Shown here in pieces: positions 16,953 to 39,388 of a stretch of 64,000 nucleotides of DNA (position 1 is the stretch's first letter; each line of letters starts with the position of its first letter). A program made the position numbers and the translations under genes. Origin of the DNA: the human T2T-CHM13v2.0 reference genome, Homo sapiens; assembly GCF_009914755.1 (NCBI RefSeq), contig NC_060938.1. One strand, 5' to 3'. Below the pieces are notes generated by a model that did no database searches, was not told where the DNA came from, and saw only the letters and a program-made list of their open reading frames with translations.

Positions 16953-19900
16953 TAAGTCTTCCAATCCATGAACATGGTCTAGCCCTCAATTTATTTAGAT
17001 TTTAATTTATTTCAATAATTATATGCCATTTTTAATGAAGAGGACTTGTACACGTTTTATTAGATTTATTCCTAGATATATGGTGTTTTTAGGCTATTGT
17101 AATTAGCAAACATTAAAGATATTAATTGAATGAGATAATGTCTAAGGAAAATACTTTGCAAAATGCAAAACTTTTTACAAATTTGAGGTATTCTTTCACG
17201 CCAACAGCACTGAACACATCATTTTGGAAATCTATACACTCTTTTTTAAAAATTTTGTATTGATACATAATTTTTATACATATTTATGGGGTACATGTGA
17301 TATTCAGTTACGTGCATAGACTGTGTAATCATCAAATTAGAGTTATCTGAGGTGTCCATCACCTCAAGTATTTACCATTTCTATGTGTTGGAAACATTTC
17401 AAGTCTTCTCTTCTAGCCATTTTGAAATATACAATACAGTGTTGTTAACTACAGCCACCCTATTCTACTATTGAATATTAGAACTTATTTCTTCTACTTA
17501 ACTGTGTGTTTGTACCCATTAACCAACTTCTCTTTATCTCCCTGCACCACCTCCCACCACATACACCCCTCCTAGACGCTGGGATCTATCATTTTTCTCT
17601 CTACCTCTATGAGATTAACTTTTTTTTTAGTCCTACACGTGAGTGACAACATGCAGTATTTGTCTTTCTGTGCCTGGCTTATTTCACTTAATATAATGAT
17701 CTCCAGCTCCATCCATGTTGCTGCAATGACATGATTTCATTCTTCTTATGGCTAAATAGTATATATACACACACACACACACACACACAACATTTTCTTT
17801 ATCCAATTGTCCAGTGATAGACACAGGTTGATTCCATATCTCTGCTATTGTGAACAGTGCTGAAATAAACATGGGAATGTGGGCATCCCTCTGATACACT
17901 GATTTCTTTTCCTTTGGATAGATACCCAGTAGTGAGACTGCTGGATTGTGTGGTAGTTCTATTTTTAGTTTTTTGAGTCATGTCCATACTCTTTTCCATA
18001 GTGGCTGTACTAATTTACATTCCCACCAACAGTGTATGACAGTTCCCTTTTCTCTGCATTCTCATCAGCATGTTATTTTTTGTCTTTTTTATAACTTAAG
18101 GCATTCTAACTGGGGTAAAATGATATCTCACTGTGTGCATATCTCACTGATGTGCATTTCTCTGATGGTTGGTGATGTTGAGCATTTTTTCTTATACTTG
18201 ATGGCCATTTTTGTGTTTTCTTTTGAAAAATGTCTATTTATGTCCTTTACCCACTTTTTTTAGTAGTGAGATTTTTTTTTTTTACTGTTAAGTTTTTTTG
18301 AGTTTCTTGTATATTCTAGATATTATTTCCTTGTTAAATGAATACTTTCCAAATATTTTCTCCCATTCGGCAGGTTGCCTCTTCACTCTGTTGATTATTT
18401 CCTTTGCTGTGCAGAAGATTGTTAGTTTAAAACAGTCCCATTTGTCTGTTTTTTGATTTGTTGTCTGTGCTTTGGAGGCCTTAGCCATAAAATCTTTGCC
18501 TAGACTAATGTCCTGAAGTGTTTCCCCTGTATTTTCTTTTAGTGGTTTTAGAGTTCTGGGTCTACAATTTAAATCTTTATCTTGAGTTAGTTTTTGTATA
18601 TGGTAATAGTTAGGGATCCAGTTTTATTTTTTTGCATATGAATATACAATTTTCCCAGGACCATTTATTGAAAAGGGTGTCCTTTACCCAATGTATGTTC
18701 TTGGCACTTTTGCTGAAAATCAGTTGGCTGTAAATATGTGAATTTATTTCTGGGTTCTCTATTCTGTTTCCTCAGTCTATGTGTCTGTTTTTATACCAGT
18801 ACCATGCTGTTTTGGTTACTATAGACTTGTAATATATTTTCAGGTCAGATAATGTAATACCTCCAGCTTTGTACTTTTTGCTCAGAATCACCTTGGCTAT
18901 TTTAGCTCTTTTTCGATTCCATACAAATTGTATTTGCTTTTTCTATTTCTGTGAACAATAACGTTGGTATTTTGATAGGGATTGCTTTGAATCTGTAGAT
19001 TGCTTTGGGCAGTATGATCATTTTAACAATATTTATTCTTCTGATCCATGAGCATGGGATGTCTTTCCATTTGTTTGTGTCCTCATCTATTTCTTTCATC
19101 AATGTTTTATGGATTTTCTTAGAGAGGTCTTTCCCTTCCTTGGTTAAATTTATTCCTAGGTATTTTACTTTTTTGTAGCTATTATAAATGGTATTGCCTT
19201 CTTGATTTCTTTCTCAGCTGGTTCATTATTGGTATATAAGAATGCTACTGATTTTTGTATGTCAATATTGTATCTTGCGACTTTCCTGAATTTATTTATC
19301 AGCTCTAAGAGTTTTTTAGTGGAGTCTTTAGGTTTTTCTAGAATAAGATTATATCTGCAAAGAGGGACAATTTGACTTCCTATTTTCCAACTTGGAAACT
19401 TTTATTTCTTTCTCTTGCCTGACTGATCTGACTAGGACTTCCAGTACTATGTTGAATAAGAGTGGCGAAAATGGGCATCCTTGTCTTGTTCCAGTTCTTA
19501 GAGGAAAGGCTTTCAGCTTTTCTAGATTCAGTATGATGTTAGCTATGGGTTTGTCATATATGGCCTTTATTATATTGAGGTATGTTTCTTCTATGCCTAA
19601 TTTGTTGAGAGTTTTTACCATAAAGGGATACTGAATTTTATCAAATGCTTTTTCTGCATCTATTGAGATGCTTATATGGTTTTTGTCCTTCATTTTGTTG
19701 ATATGATGTATCATGTTTATTGATTTGGGTATGCTGAACCATCCTTGCCTCCTTAGGATAAATCCCATTTGGTCATAGCGTATTATCTTTTTGATACGCT
19801 GTTAGATTCGATTTGCTGGTATTTTGTTGAGTATTTTTACATCTACATTCATTAGGGACATTCGTCTATAGCTTTCTTTTTTTGTTGTGCCTTTATCTGG

Positions 19901-21424
19901 TATTGATATCAGGTTAACACTGGCCTCATAGAATGAGTTAAGGAGAATTTCCTCTTCTTCAATTTTTTGGAATATTTGAAGAGAGTTACCATTAGTTCTT
20001 CTTTGAAAGTTTGGTAGAATTTGACAGTGAAGCCATCCAGTTCTGGACAGGAGATTTCTATTACTGATTCAATTTCATTACTCGTTATTGGTCTGCTCAG
20101 GTTTTCTATATCTTCCTTATTCAATCTTAGTATGTTGTGTGTATACAGGAATTTATCCATTTCCTCTAGGTTTTTCAGTTTTTAGTTTACAGTTGTTCAT
20201 AATAGTCTCTGATAAGTTTTTGTGTCCCTGTTGTATCAGTTGTAATGTTTCCTTTTTCATTTCTGACTTTATTTGGGCCTTCTCTCTTCTTTTCTTGGTT
20301 AGCCTAGCTAGCAGTTTATGATTTTTGTTTGTCTTTTTGAAGAACCAAATTTCATTTCATTGATCTTTTGTATTGGTTTTTGGTCTCTATTTCATTTAGT
20401 TCTGCTCTGATCTTCATTATTTATTTTCTTATACTAATTTGGGGTCTGTGTTTTTCTTGATTTTCTAGTTCTTTGAGGTGCATTGTTACATTGTTAATTT
20501 TCAATCTCTCTACTTTTTTGATTTAGGCATTTATTGCTATAAACTTCCCTCTTTGCCTGCTTTTACTACATTTCGTAGGTTTTTGTGTGTTATGTTTTGA
20601 TTTTCATTTGTTTCAAGATTTTAAAAAATTTCCTCAATTTCTTCCTTGACTCAGTGGCCATTCAAGAGCATGTTGTTTAATTTCCATGTGCTTGTACAGT
20701 TTCCAAAGTTCCTCTTGTTATTGATTTGTAGTTGTATTCCACTGTGGTCTGAGAAGATACTTTGTATTAACTTTGATTTCTAAAAATTTGCTGAGACTTG
20801 TTTTCTGTCCTAACATATGTCTATCCTAGAGAATGTTCCCTATGTTGATGAGAAGAATGTATTCTATAGCTGTTGGATGAAATGTTCTGTGTTGGTTAGG
20901 CTTATGTGGTCTAAAGTGCAATTTAAATTCAACAATTTCTTTGTTAATTTTCTGTCCTAGATGATCCATCTAATGCTGAGAATGAGGTACTGAAGTCTCC
21001 AACTATCATTGTAGTAGAGTCTATCACTCCATTTAGATTTAGTAATATTTGCTTTATATATCTGGGTGCTCTGGTGTTGGGTGCATATATTTTAAGAATT
21101 GTTGTAACCTGCCGCTGAATTGATACATTTATCATCCAACAATGGTCTTGTCTCTTTTTACTGTTTTTCACTTAAATATATTTTATCTCATAGAAGTATA
21201 ACTACTCCTGCTCACTTTTGGTTTCCATTTCCATGGAATATCTTTCTCCATTCCTTTACTTTCAATTTATATGTGTATTTGCAGGTGAGATGTGTTTCTT
21301 GTAAGCAGCATATAGTTGGGTCATGTTTTTTATCCATTTGGCCAGTTTATATCTTTTAAGTAGAAAGTTTGATCCATTTACTTTCAAGATTATTATTGAT
21401 ATGTGAGGGCTCATTCTTGTCACT

Positions 21425-21730
<306 letters not shown>

Positions 21731-22792
21731 CTTGTCACTTACTAATTGATTTCTGGTAGTGTTGTATATCCTTTGTGCCTTTCTTTCTCTCTCATTTATT
21801 ATTGTGGTTTGGTGGTTTGCTGTAGTAGTAATATTTTAGTCATTTTTCTCCTTTATTGGTATGTTTGCTCTACCAGTAGGTTTTATACTTTCACGTGTCT
21901 TATTCATGATGATACCTATCATTTCACTTCCAGGTGTAGGACTCCGTCAAGCATTTCATTTCTTGTAGGGTCAATCTAGTGATGATTAATTCCCTCAGCT
22001 TTTGCTTGTCTGGGAAAGACTTTATTTCTGCTTGGTTTATGAAGGATAACTTTGCTGGGTATAGTATCATACATTTGAATTTTTTTTTCTTTTATGAACT
22101 TTGGATGTATTATCCTATTCTCTCTTGGCCTATAAGGTTTCTGCTAAGAAATTTGTTGTTAGTCTGATGAGGGTTCTCTTATAAGTGACTAGAAGCTTTC
22201 CTCTTGCTGGTTTTAAAACTCTCTCCTTGTCTTTGAGTTTTGACAGTTTGATTGTAATGTGCCACAGAGAAGAACTTGTTGCATTTTATCTCCTTGGGGA
22301 CCTCTGAGCTTCCTGTATCTGGATATCTAAATCTCTTGCTATACTTGAGAAGTTTTCGGGTATTATTTTGTTAAATAGGTTTTCTATCCCTTTCATTTTC
22401 TCTTTACCTACTGGGACACTGAAAATTTAAATATTTGATCACTTTATGGTGTCCCATATGTCATGCATGCTTTGTTCATTCTTTTTTATTCTTTTTTTTA
22501 AAATTTTTGTCTGGGTTATTACAAAAGACCTATCTTCAGGTTCTGAAATTCTTTCTTCTGCTTAATCTAATGGATTGTTCAAGGTTTCTAATGTATTTTG
22601 TATTTTATTTAATGAATTCCTTAGTTCCAGAATTTCTGTTTGGTTATTTTTTTGATGTCTCCTTGGTAAATTTCTCATTCATATCCTGAACTGTTTTTCT
22701 GATTTCTTTGTACTGTTTTTCAGAATTATCTTGTATTTCACTCGGCTTCTTTAATATCATTAGTTTGAATTCTTTTTCCAGGATTCCATAAG

Positions 22793-23088
22793 TTTTTTTT
22801 TTTTTCTTCTTTGAGAAAGAGGGCTTGCTCTACTTCCCAGGCTGAAGTGCAGTGGCATGATCTTGGCTAACAGAAACCTCTGCCTCCCAGTCTCAAGCAA
22901 TACTCCTGTCTCAGCCTTTCAAGTAACTGGAACCACAGGTGTGCACCACCACATGCTGCTAATTTTTTGTAGAGACAAGGCTTCACCATGTTGCCCAGGC
23001 TAGTCTCGAACTCTTGAGCTCAAGCAATCTGCCTGCCTCAGCCTCCCAAAGTGCTGGAATTTTAGGCATGAGCCACAGCCCCTGGCCT
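22793..23088 (-). mobile_element. Alu (AluJ-like) inside L1
   Basis: Diverged antisense dimer; flanks aggatt(c/t)cataa. Confidence 0.92.
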
Positions 23089-23765
23089 AGGATTTCATAA
23101 ATTTCTTTTTGATTGGAATTTGTTACTGGAGAACTATCATATTCCTTTAAAGGTGTCATATTTCCTTACTTTTTTTATGTATCTCAGGTCCTTAAGTTGA
23201 TATCTGCCTATCTGGTATAACAGTCACTTTTTCAAATTTTTTGAATTTGTTTTGGTAGGGAAGATCTTTTTCCTGAAGATGTGTTCCTTGGGTAGGACAT
23301 TTTGGCTTTGATTCTGGATACATGCAGTAGTATATTCTCCATGATTTATTTTTCTTTTGGCTATTAACAGCATCAGTGGTGTCTATGATTTCCTCAGTCA
23401 CTTATGGTTCAGTTGTTAGTGGAGGCTATGGTAAAGTTTCCTGGAAATGGAGTCCCCAGGTGGGCCTCTCCATGGGCCAAGCATGCCTATCCTTAGACGT
23501 ATGCTGCCACTACTATAAATGGGTCCAGGTAGGCCAATTCTTGGGCCTCCAGGTGATTTGCTCAGATGCCAGTAGCAGCAGCAGTGGGCCAGGTGGGTCA
23601 GCGGGCTCTTTTACCTGGTCATTGGGCATGATGTGGATGATGGCGGTAGCAGTGACAGGACAAACCTCTGGCCCCCAAGCAGTATGTGCTGGTGTTGGCA
23701 GTGGCTGTGATGGATAGGCCAGTCCTTAGGCCTGCAGCAGTCTACACACTCTTGTGGGGCATCCA

Positions 23766-23844
23766 GAGGTTGCAATAAGCCAAGATCGCACCACTGCACT
23801 CCAGCCTGGGCAACAAAGCGAGACTCCATCTCAAAAAAAAAAAA
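23766..23844 (+). mobile_element. 5'-truncated Alu (right-arm end)
   Basis: gaggttgcaataagccaagatcgcaccactgcactccagcctggg...A tail. Confidence 0.88.
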
Positions 23845-23975
23845 GAGTTCTCCATCTGAGTTTTATCCAACAGCCACTAGATGACCTCGAGGAAAAAAAA
23901 AAAAAAAAAAAAACAGGATTCAATCAAAACACATGGACTTGATACAAAGACTTACTCAATCTATGAACTTCTGTC

Positions 23976-24278
<303 letters not shown>

Positions 24279-25196
24279 TGAAACTGCCACTTGAAAATTC
24301 TCCCATATCTTGACCAGCCCTCAGTGTGGGCTAAGACGCTACTAAGCTTCTCTGCCTCCCTCCTATCTTCACTGGAATCCCCAGCTGCAGAACAGATGAA
24401 GGCGACACCTGGCTTCTTCCTGGGAATGGTTGCTGGCAATGGGACACTCTCACTTTCAGCTGCCTCTGAGTTTGAATGGTGACTCATACCCCCTGTCTGA
24501 GCCCAGCTTCACTTTCACCCTCCTCCACCTGCCAAGCCCTGCCTGTCCGAGACACCACGGAGTTCTCATTTCCTTCCTCTTTCCACCAGTCTGAAGAAGA
24601 AAATGGCCAAGAATGAAGTCCTCAGGACATTAAGATGACGTAGAAAACACAAAAAGGAGAAAGACTTTGCTGTTATTTACCCCACATCATTCCATTAAAG
24701 TTTCTTGGATCTCTTCTTCATCCATGTAGCAATAACCCTGGGGGTGGGAACCAGTAATCCAAGTCCTCCAAATGATTTGGCGGTTCTTCAAGGATTATCT
24801 GACTCCATAAGGGTGGACATTTATGGTTGTCTTTCTATTGACTAGGCTATTTTATAACCCTATAAAGACGGAAGTTTAGTTACAGAAAAACTGACAATTA
24901 TACAAATTATTCTTATCCATAGATATACAAATGAATTTTGTCTAGTAGAGATACATAGAGTTTTAGAAAAGATAACCCCACTCCAATTTATAGTATATGA
25001 ACCAGTTTTTTGTCCATTGGCAAATTCAGCATTACTGGTTATATGTGTCTCTTTAAATTTACTCTTAACTGGATTTAACCATTTTCTGGCTCCCTCATTA
25101 ATTAAGGAGCTAAATAAATAAAATCTACAACACAAGTTCATTTTATACTTGTATGACAGCCATAATTTTACTTCTTTGAAAATTATACTTTCGCAT

Positions 25197-25267
25197 AGCA
25201 ATTCTCAGAGTGAACTCCCAGACAGGCCACAGCATCACCTGGGAGCTTGTTAGAAACACAAGTTCTC
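25197..25267. mobile_element. MER5A-like DNA transposon, left part
   Basis: cagcatcacctgggagcttgttagaaa...ttctc; resumes at 33577. Confidence 0.7.
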
Positions 25268-25562
<295 letters not shown>

Positions 25563-26591
25563 GGTTGAGACTCGCCAAGATGGCCGAATAGGAACAGCTC
25601 CAGTCTACAGCTCTCAGCGTGAGTGACACAGAAGATGGATGATTTCTGCATTTCCAACTGAGGTACTGGGTTCATCTCACTGGGGATTGTTGGAAAGTGG
25701 GTGTAGGACAGTGGTTGCAGCGCACCGAGCATGAGCCGAAGCAGGGCGAGGCATCGCCTCACCCAGGAAGCACAAGAGGTCAGGGAATTCCCTTTCCTAG
25801 CCAAGGAAAGGGGTGACAGACAGCACCTGGAAAATTGGGTCACTCCCACCCTAATACTGCGCTTTTCTGATGGTCTTAGCAAACGGCACACCAGGAGATT
25901 ATATGCTGTGCATGGCTCGGAGGGTCCCATGCCCACGGAGCCTCACTCATTGCTAGCACAGCAGTCTGAGATCAAACCACAAGGCGGCAGCAAGTCTTGG
26001 GGAGGGGCGCCCGCCATTGCTGAGGCTTGAGCAGGTAAACAAAGCAGCCCGGAAGCTCGAACTGGGTGGAGCCCACTGCAGCTCAAAGAGGCCTGCCTGC
26101 CTCTGTAGACTCCACCTCTGGGGGCAGGGCACAGCCAAACAAAAGGCAGCAGAAACCTCTGCAGACTTAAATGTCCCTGTCTGACAGCTTTGAAGAGAGT
26201 AGTGGTTCTCCCAGCACGCAGCTTGAGATCTGAGAACGGACAGACTGCCTCCTCAAGTGGGTCCCTGACCCCCGAGTAGCCTAACTGGGAGGCACCCCCC
26301 AGTAGGGGCAGACTGACACCTCACACGGCTGGGTACCCTCTGAGACAAAACTTCCAGAGGAACGATCAGGCAGCAACATTTGCTGTTCACCAGTATTCGC
26401 TGTTCTGCAGCCTCCGCTGCTGATACCCAGGCAAACAGGGTCTGGAGTGGACCTCTAGCAAACTCCAACAGACCTGCAGCTACATGTCCTGACTGTTAGA
26501 AGGAAAACTAACAAACAGAAAGGACATCCACACCAAAACCCCATCTGTATGTCACCATCATCAAAGACCAAAGGTAGATAAAACCACATAG

Positions 26592-27619
26592 ATGGGGAAA
26601 AAACAGAGCAGAAAAACTGAAAATTCTAAAAATCAGAGCGCCTCTCCTCCTCCAAAGGAACGCAGCTCCTCACCAGCAACGGAAAAAAGCTGGACCGAGA
26701 ATGACTTTGACGAGTTGAGAGAAGAAGGCTTCAGATGATCAAACTTCTCTGAGCTAAAGGAGGAAGTTCGAACCCATGGCAAAGAAGTTAAAAACCTTGA
26801 GAGAAGATTAGATGAATGGCTAACTAGAATAATCAATGCAGAGAAGTCCTTAAAGGACCTGAAAACCATGGATGGAGCTGAAAACCATGGCACGAGAACT
26901 ACGTGACAAATGCACAAGCTTCAGTAGCCTATTCAATCAACTGGAAGAAAGGGTATCAGTGATGGAAGATCAAATGAATGAAATGAAGTGAGAAGAGAAG
27001 TTTAGAGAAAAAAGAATAAAAAGAAATGAACAAAGCCTCCAAGAAATATGGAAGTATGTGAAAAGACCAAATCTACGTCTGATTGGTGTACCTGAAAGTG
27101 ACGGGGAGAATGGAACCAAGTTGGAAAACACTCTGCAGGATATTATCCAGGAGAACTTCCCCAACCTAGCAAGGCAGGCCAATATTCAAATTCAGGAAAT
27201 ACAGAGAATGCCACAAAGATACTCCTCGAGAAGAGCAACTCCAAGACACATAATTGTCAGATTCACCAAAGTTGAAATGAAGGAAAAATTGTTAAGGGCA
27301 GCCAGAGAGAAAGGTCGGGTTACCCATAAAGGGAAGCCCATCAGACTAATAGCTGATCTCTCGGCAGAAACTCTACAAGCCAGAAGAGAGTGGGGGCCAA
27401 TATTCAACATTCTTAAAGAAAAGAATTTTTCAACCCAGAATTTCATATCCAGCCAAACTAAGCTTCATAAGTGAAGGAGAAATAAAATACTTTATAGACA
27501 AGCAAATGCTGAGAGATTTTGTCACCACCAGGCCTGCCCTACAAGAGCTCCTGAAGGAAGCACTAAACATGGAAAGGAACAACTGGTACCAGCCACTGCA
27601 AAAACATGCCAAATTGTAA
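26592..27619 (+). pseudogene. L1 ORF1 (disrupted)
   Basis: ATGGGGAAAAAACAGAGC start; KRPNLRLIGVPESDGENGTKLENTLQDIIQENFPNL segment; stops and frameshifts present. Confidence 0.92.
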
Positions 27620-27682
27620 AGACCATTGAGGCTAGGAAGAAACTGCATCAACTAACGAGCAAAATAACCAGCTAACATCATA

Positions 27683-33360
<5,678 letters not shown>

Positions 33361-33576
33361 ACAATGAGAACACTTGGACACAGGAAGGGGAATATCACAC
33401 ACCGGGGCCTGTTGTGGGGTCGGGGGAGCGGGGGAGGGATGGCATTAGGAGATATACCTAATGTAAATGACAAGTTAATGGGTGCAGCACACCAACATGG
33501 TACATGTATACATATGTAACAAACCTGCACGTTGTGCACATGTACCCTAAAACTTAAAGTATAAAAAAAAAAGAAA

Positions 33577-33705
33577 AGAAATGCAGGTTCTCAGACCTCG
33601 CCCAAATCTGCTGAGTAGGAAACTCTCGAGGCAGGGTCCAGCCATCTGTGCTGTAAGGAGCCCCCCAGGTTCTTCTGAGGCACACTCAGGTTTGAGAAGC
33701 CCTGC
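33577..33705. mobile_element. MER5A-like DNA transposon, right part
   Basis: agaaatgcaggttctcag...aaactct...cactcaggtttgagaagccctg. Confidence 0.7.
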
Positions 33706-35118
33706 TTTATCCAACCCAGCAAACACTAACAAGATGCTACTTTAGTCCCGACTCAAGAAAATTTGGAACCTGACCATCTTTGTTGTCCCTAACCCAGCCT
33801 GCCTGTGATGGATGTAAACAGGCCACCCTTCTCTCTCATCTCCAGGGACTACCTCAGTGGTCCCATCACTTTTTCCCTGTCTTTCCCCACAGCAATAAGG
33901 GAGTGAACAAGAGTGTTCTGTGAGCTGGACAGAACAGGAATGTCAACGTTTCCTCCAGGGGGTTCGCCTAGGGCCTGTTTGCACCTGCAGGTCTGACCCT
34001 GTGGAGCTAAACCCCCTACAAGCTTCATAACTAATGTTCCCAAAGCAGGGAGCATCTGGCCATGACCCCAGAGAGAAGGGATGAGGACAGAGGTAAAAAC
34101 AATCTCAGGACCCAGCCTCGGATGTTATGTTTCTTCGCTCCTCCTGCAGTAATAGAGCATTATTTCCCTGCTGGCAGATGCAGAATCACAAGCTGATTGT
34201 GCACTGGGCTGGAGTGCATATGCCACCCATTTGTCTTGCAGTCTGGCTGGGCGCTCTGCCCTGCTCATGGGAAGCCTTCTCTCATTGCTGAATGCCAAGC
34301 AGGCTGGATAATCACCCCTCAACGGGGAGAGGATCCACCAGAAACATGTCTTCCCTTTCCCAGCACAACTGATGGGTAGGAAGGGCACTCTCGCCCCCCT
34401 TCACCCCACCCCCACCAAGCCAGCTGGAGCTGGCTGCTGCCTATGTTCTCCTGTGAGCATATCACAGGGGTACATAGAGCCCTGTGGGCAGCACGATGGG
34501 GAAAGGGCATTCTTGGGAGGCAACAGAGCACAGTGGTGAAGAGAGGAGGCTCAGCAAGGTCTGGGTTCAAGTCCTGCCTCCTCCCCTACTTAGCAGGGTT
34601 GTGAATTGGGCACGTTTCTTCCCTCTCCTAACCTTCATTTCCTCCAGAATGGGGATGATAAGGACACCTTTCCTCTAGGGGTGCTATGCAAAGCCCTTAA
34701 CACAGAGTTAACCCCCAAATGAGTGTCTGTAGTTGGTGGCAGCTGTTGATGATAAAATAGATACCCTAAAAAGCCCCCTGGAAGGAGAGTAGATGAAGGA
34801 CAGAAAATAGGCATTAAACACAGGCTGAACACAAAGGCCACAGAGGAGCTGGGTACTGAGGAAACTTGCAATGGATGAGAAGCCCCCAGCCTGCACTGCA
34901 GCCTGCTAGCAACTGTATGTCGCTGTAATTTGCTTTGTAAGTTGATGCACTCAACCACAGGACAAATGCAAAGACCAAATTGGAAAATCTAAGTGGACAC
35001 CCTTTGTCAAATGGAAAAACATGAGACGAATGAGTGTTTTCTTCCCTTTTTTGTTTGCGAAATCCTTGTCTACAAAATCTTTATAAGCCTAGGTTGAAGA
35101 CCCTTTCTTACCTAAAAC

Positions 35119-35270
35119 CAGTGGTTCCCAAGTGGGAGTGAGTGTCACAATGGGAAAGGTTGCCACTGGCATCTAGTGAGTACAGGGCCTGAATGCCACC
35201 AGCCGTCCTACAGTGCACAGGACAGGCCCCACAACAAAGAAGTGTGCAGCTTTAAATATCAACAGTGCTT
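35119..35270. mobile_element. MER20-like fragment
   Basis: tgccactggcatctagtgagta...cctacagtgcacaggacaggccccacaacaaagaa. Confidence 0.7.
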
Positions 35271-36222
35271 AAAGCCAAACACGGTTGCCTAGATTAGAAC
35301 AAATCACTCACTCTGTGCTCCTCAAACACCTTGTTGAAGCCTGGTTTGGAGCATTGGCCTGAGTCTGCCACATCTTGTGGTTAGCTGGTGGCCTCCTGGT
35401 ACCGCAGAAAGGGCACAGCTTCTGAACGTGCTCAGCCACTCACTGGCCATGACAGAGGAACAGTTGTTTAGCTTCTCTCAGGCCATTTCCTCATCTAAAA
35501 AATGGAAAGTAGAATCCCCATTTGCAGGATTATGGTAAGGATTACATAAATGTAGAGCCCCTGGCCCATGGTAAGGGTTCAAAAAGTTATTGGGATGTGT
35601 CATCTTCGACGCAACCTCAGGGGGCCATAGCAATGTCTTACATATCTGCATCTCCTGCAGCAAATTATGCTACACCATGCATATAGTATAAGCACTCAGA
35701 AACTGTTGTCGAATTAAAGTGAAGTCTCCCTTGAGAACCAAGCCTCAAGAAATAAACCCAGCCCACCTCATGGACCTACAGACTTGCATCTTGTAAATGG
35801 TTTTGATCTAGTCTTCAGGATGTACCAGCATCTCAGAACTCCCTCTGTTTCTCCCTGTCTCCAAGTCTGGGTCCTATCCATTGAACAGGGAGGCTGAGAT
35901 CAGACTTTGATTCTTTCGGGGACACCCAGAGCCTTGACCACAGTTTGAGAGAAACTACCACAGCCTGGCCATTCCTGCCTGACTCAATCGCCGATCGCTC
36001 CCCGACTATCCAAACACCTGCCACAGTGCATGGAGAAAAACGCTGGGGGAAATACCATGTTTTCTAACAATGGGAGGGATACAAGTCTGGATGAGTGTGA
36101 TTTGCCTGGAAAAGAGAGTGGCCATCACCCAGTCCTTCAAGTTGAAGACAGCTTTTCTAAATACACACCCCATCCACAGCCACCCATTGACACACACAGC
36201 TTGGCCACACCCTGAAACAAAC

Positions 36223-36299
36223 GTGGGAAGACCTTCTCTCTCCCTTAATGTGGAAGACCTTCTCTCTCCCTTAATGTGGGAAGACCTTCTCTCTCCCTT
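36223..36299. repeat. Tandem repeat, ~27-bp unit x ~3
   Basis: gtg(g)gaagaccttctctctcccttaat repeated. Confidence 0.9.
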
Positions 36300-36510
36300 T
36301 TGCCACTGCAGTGCTTTCAAGGGCTCACCTACTACCAGCTTCTTCCCTGCTAGTGGACACATCAGGGAAGGCAGACTGGGCCAGGAATCAGGAGAGCCCT
36401 GAGTTCAAGTGTAATCCCACCACCAGCTGGCTGTGTAATCCTAAATCCTGTCACTTCTCTGAGCCTCAGTATTTTATCTATGAAATGAGAGTTAGACAAG
36501 AAAATCTTGA

Positions 36511-36847
<337 letters not shown>

Positions 36848-38316
36848 TACTCTGCACTCTTTCTACCAGCAGTCGTGGCTTTGCTCCCACATGGACCTGC
36901 TGAATGAGATGCAGACAAGCCCTGATCCATTCTAAGACCAGCCCTTGCTGCTTGTCAAGGCCTGGATCTCCTACTACTGTATAAGGTGGCCCCCAGAGAA
37001 TGGCAGGGGTGAGATCTCTCTGTTAGAGTTCTTTGGAATGGACACAATGAGTCCTGGCCCTTCCGAGCCCCTGGAGGCCACACCAGGCTGCCTGGGAAGT
37101 ATCAGGCAGAGATCAGATTGCAAAGATACATGGCAACACAGCCACTCTGCCAGCCCACGGGAATCCAGGCCAAGAATAGATAATGCTTATACCAAGCATG
37201 CATCATCATTGCTAGGTGTCTTAGAACTAACTGCTTCAGGCGCCACATTGCTCTTAGCTGCTTCTTCCAAATCCCTCAATAAAAGGAATCCAGGCATAAC
37301 CATCAACAAAAAGAACTCAACTCCAAATCTGCTCATCTGTCTTATCCCCAAGTCTCCCTTTCCTCCAGGCCCCTAGTACTGTCACTGAGCTCAGGTAACA
37401 ATTGTCCGGATCATGTCTGGAGCTTCACCAGCACAAAGCTTTCTTTCCTATGTGAAGCCAGAGTAGAATGCTGCCATCTGCCAGCTGCCCCACGCTCTCG
37501 GCTGTGGGGTAGCTGCAGAGCGGTGTAGGGGAAAAAACATGAACTCTGAAATTATCATATCAGCTGTGCCACCCTGAACAAATTACAATCCTCAATGGCT
37601 CTGAATCTCAGTTTGCCCACTTGTAAACTGATGTCAGCAATACCTACCCTGCGAGATTGACCTGGGAATTAAATGAAACTCTGCAGGTAAAGCACCGGAC
37701 CTACACTCGGGGCTCAGTGAAGAGGAGCTATTTTTATAGACTTTCACTCACTTGGCTGAGTAATTCAGTTCCAGAAACAAAACGGACAGTTTGAGAAAGC
37801 AGTGATTTAAAATGAATCCCAAGCCAGAGGTCCTTTTGGCACTTTACCTGAAGTGAATTGGATTCTGTTTGGATTAAGGAAAAACAGACTTGTTCTCTAA
37901 GAATTTAGCAGTCAATTCAGACAGATGCCAAATCCATGAAAAACTCTCTGATTTTGTCACGCAAACCCCAGAGCGGAAGTCAGACCCAGGCAGATTCAGG
38001 TTTTCAGGTGACCTGAAGCAAATCGTTTCACTGGCCAGTCTAGATTTCAGTGGTTCCAAGCCCAGCTACCATTCGCATTACCTGGAGATCTTTTCTAGAC
38101 TATGGGTACCAAGCCCCACTCCAAACCAGTTTCATCAGGATTTCTGCAGGGTGCAGACTGAGGATCAAGAATTTTAAGAGCCCCTGGGGTGATCCTAATG
38201 TAAGCTCCACTGGACCAGAAGTGCTCCAAGATCCCCGCCAGGTATCCCTGGTGCCTACACCATGTATGATTCAGAGTAGATATTTAGTATATGTTTATTG
38301 AGTAAATGAATGAAGA

Positions 38317-39388
<1,072 letters not shown>

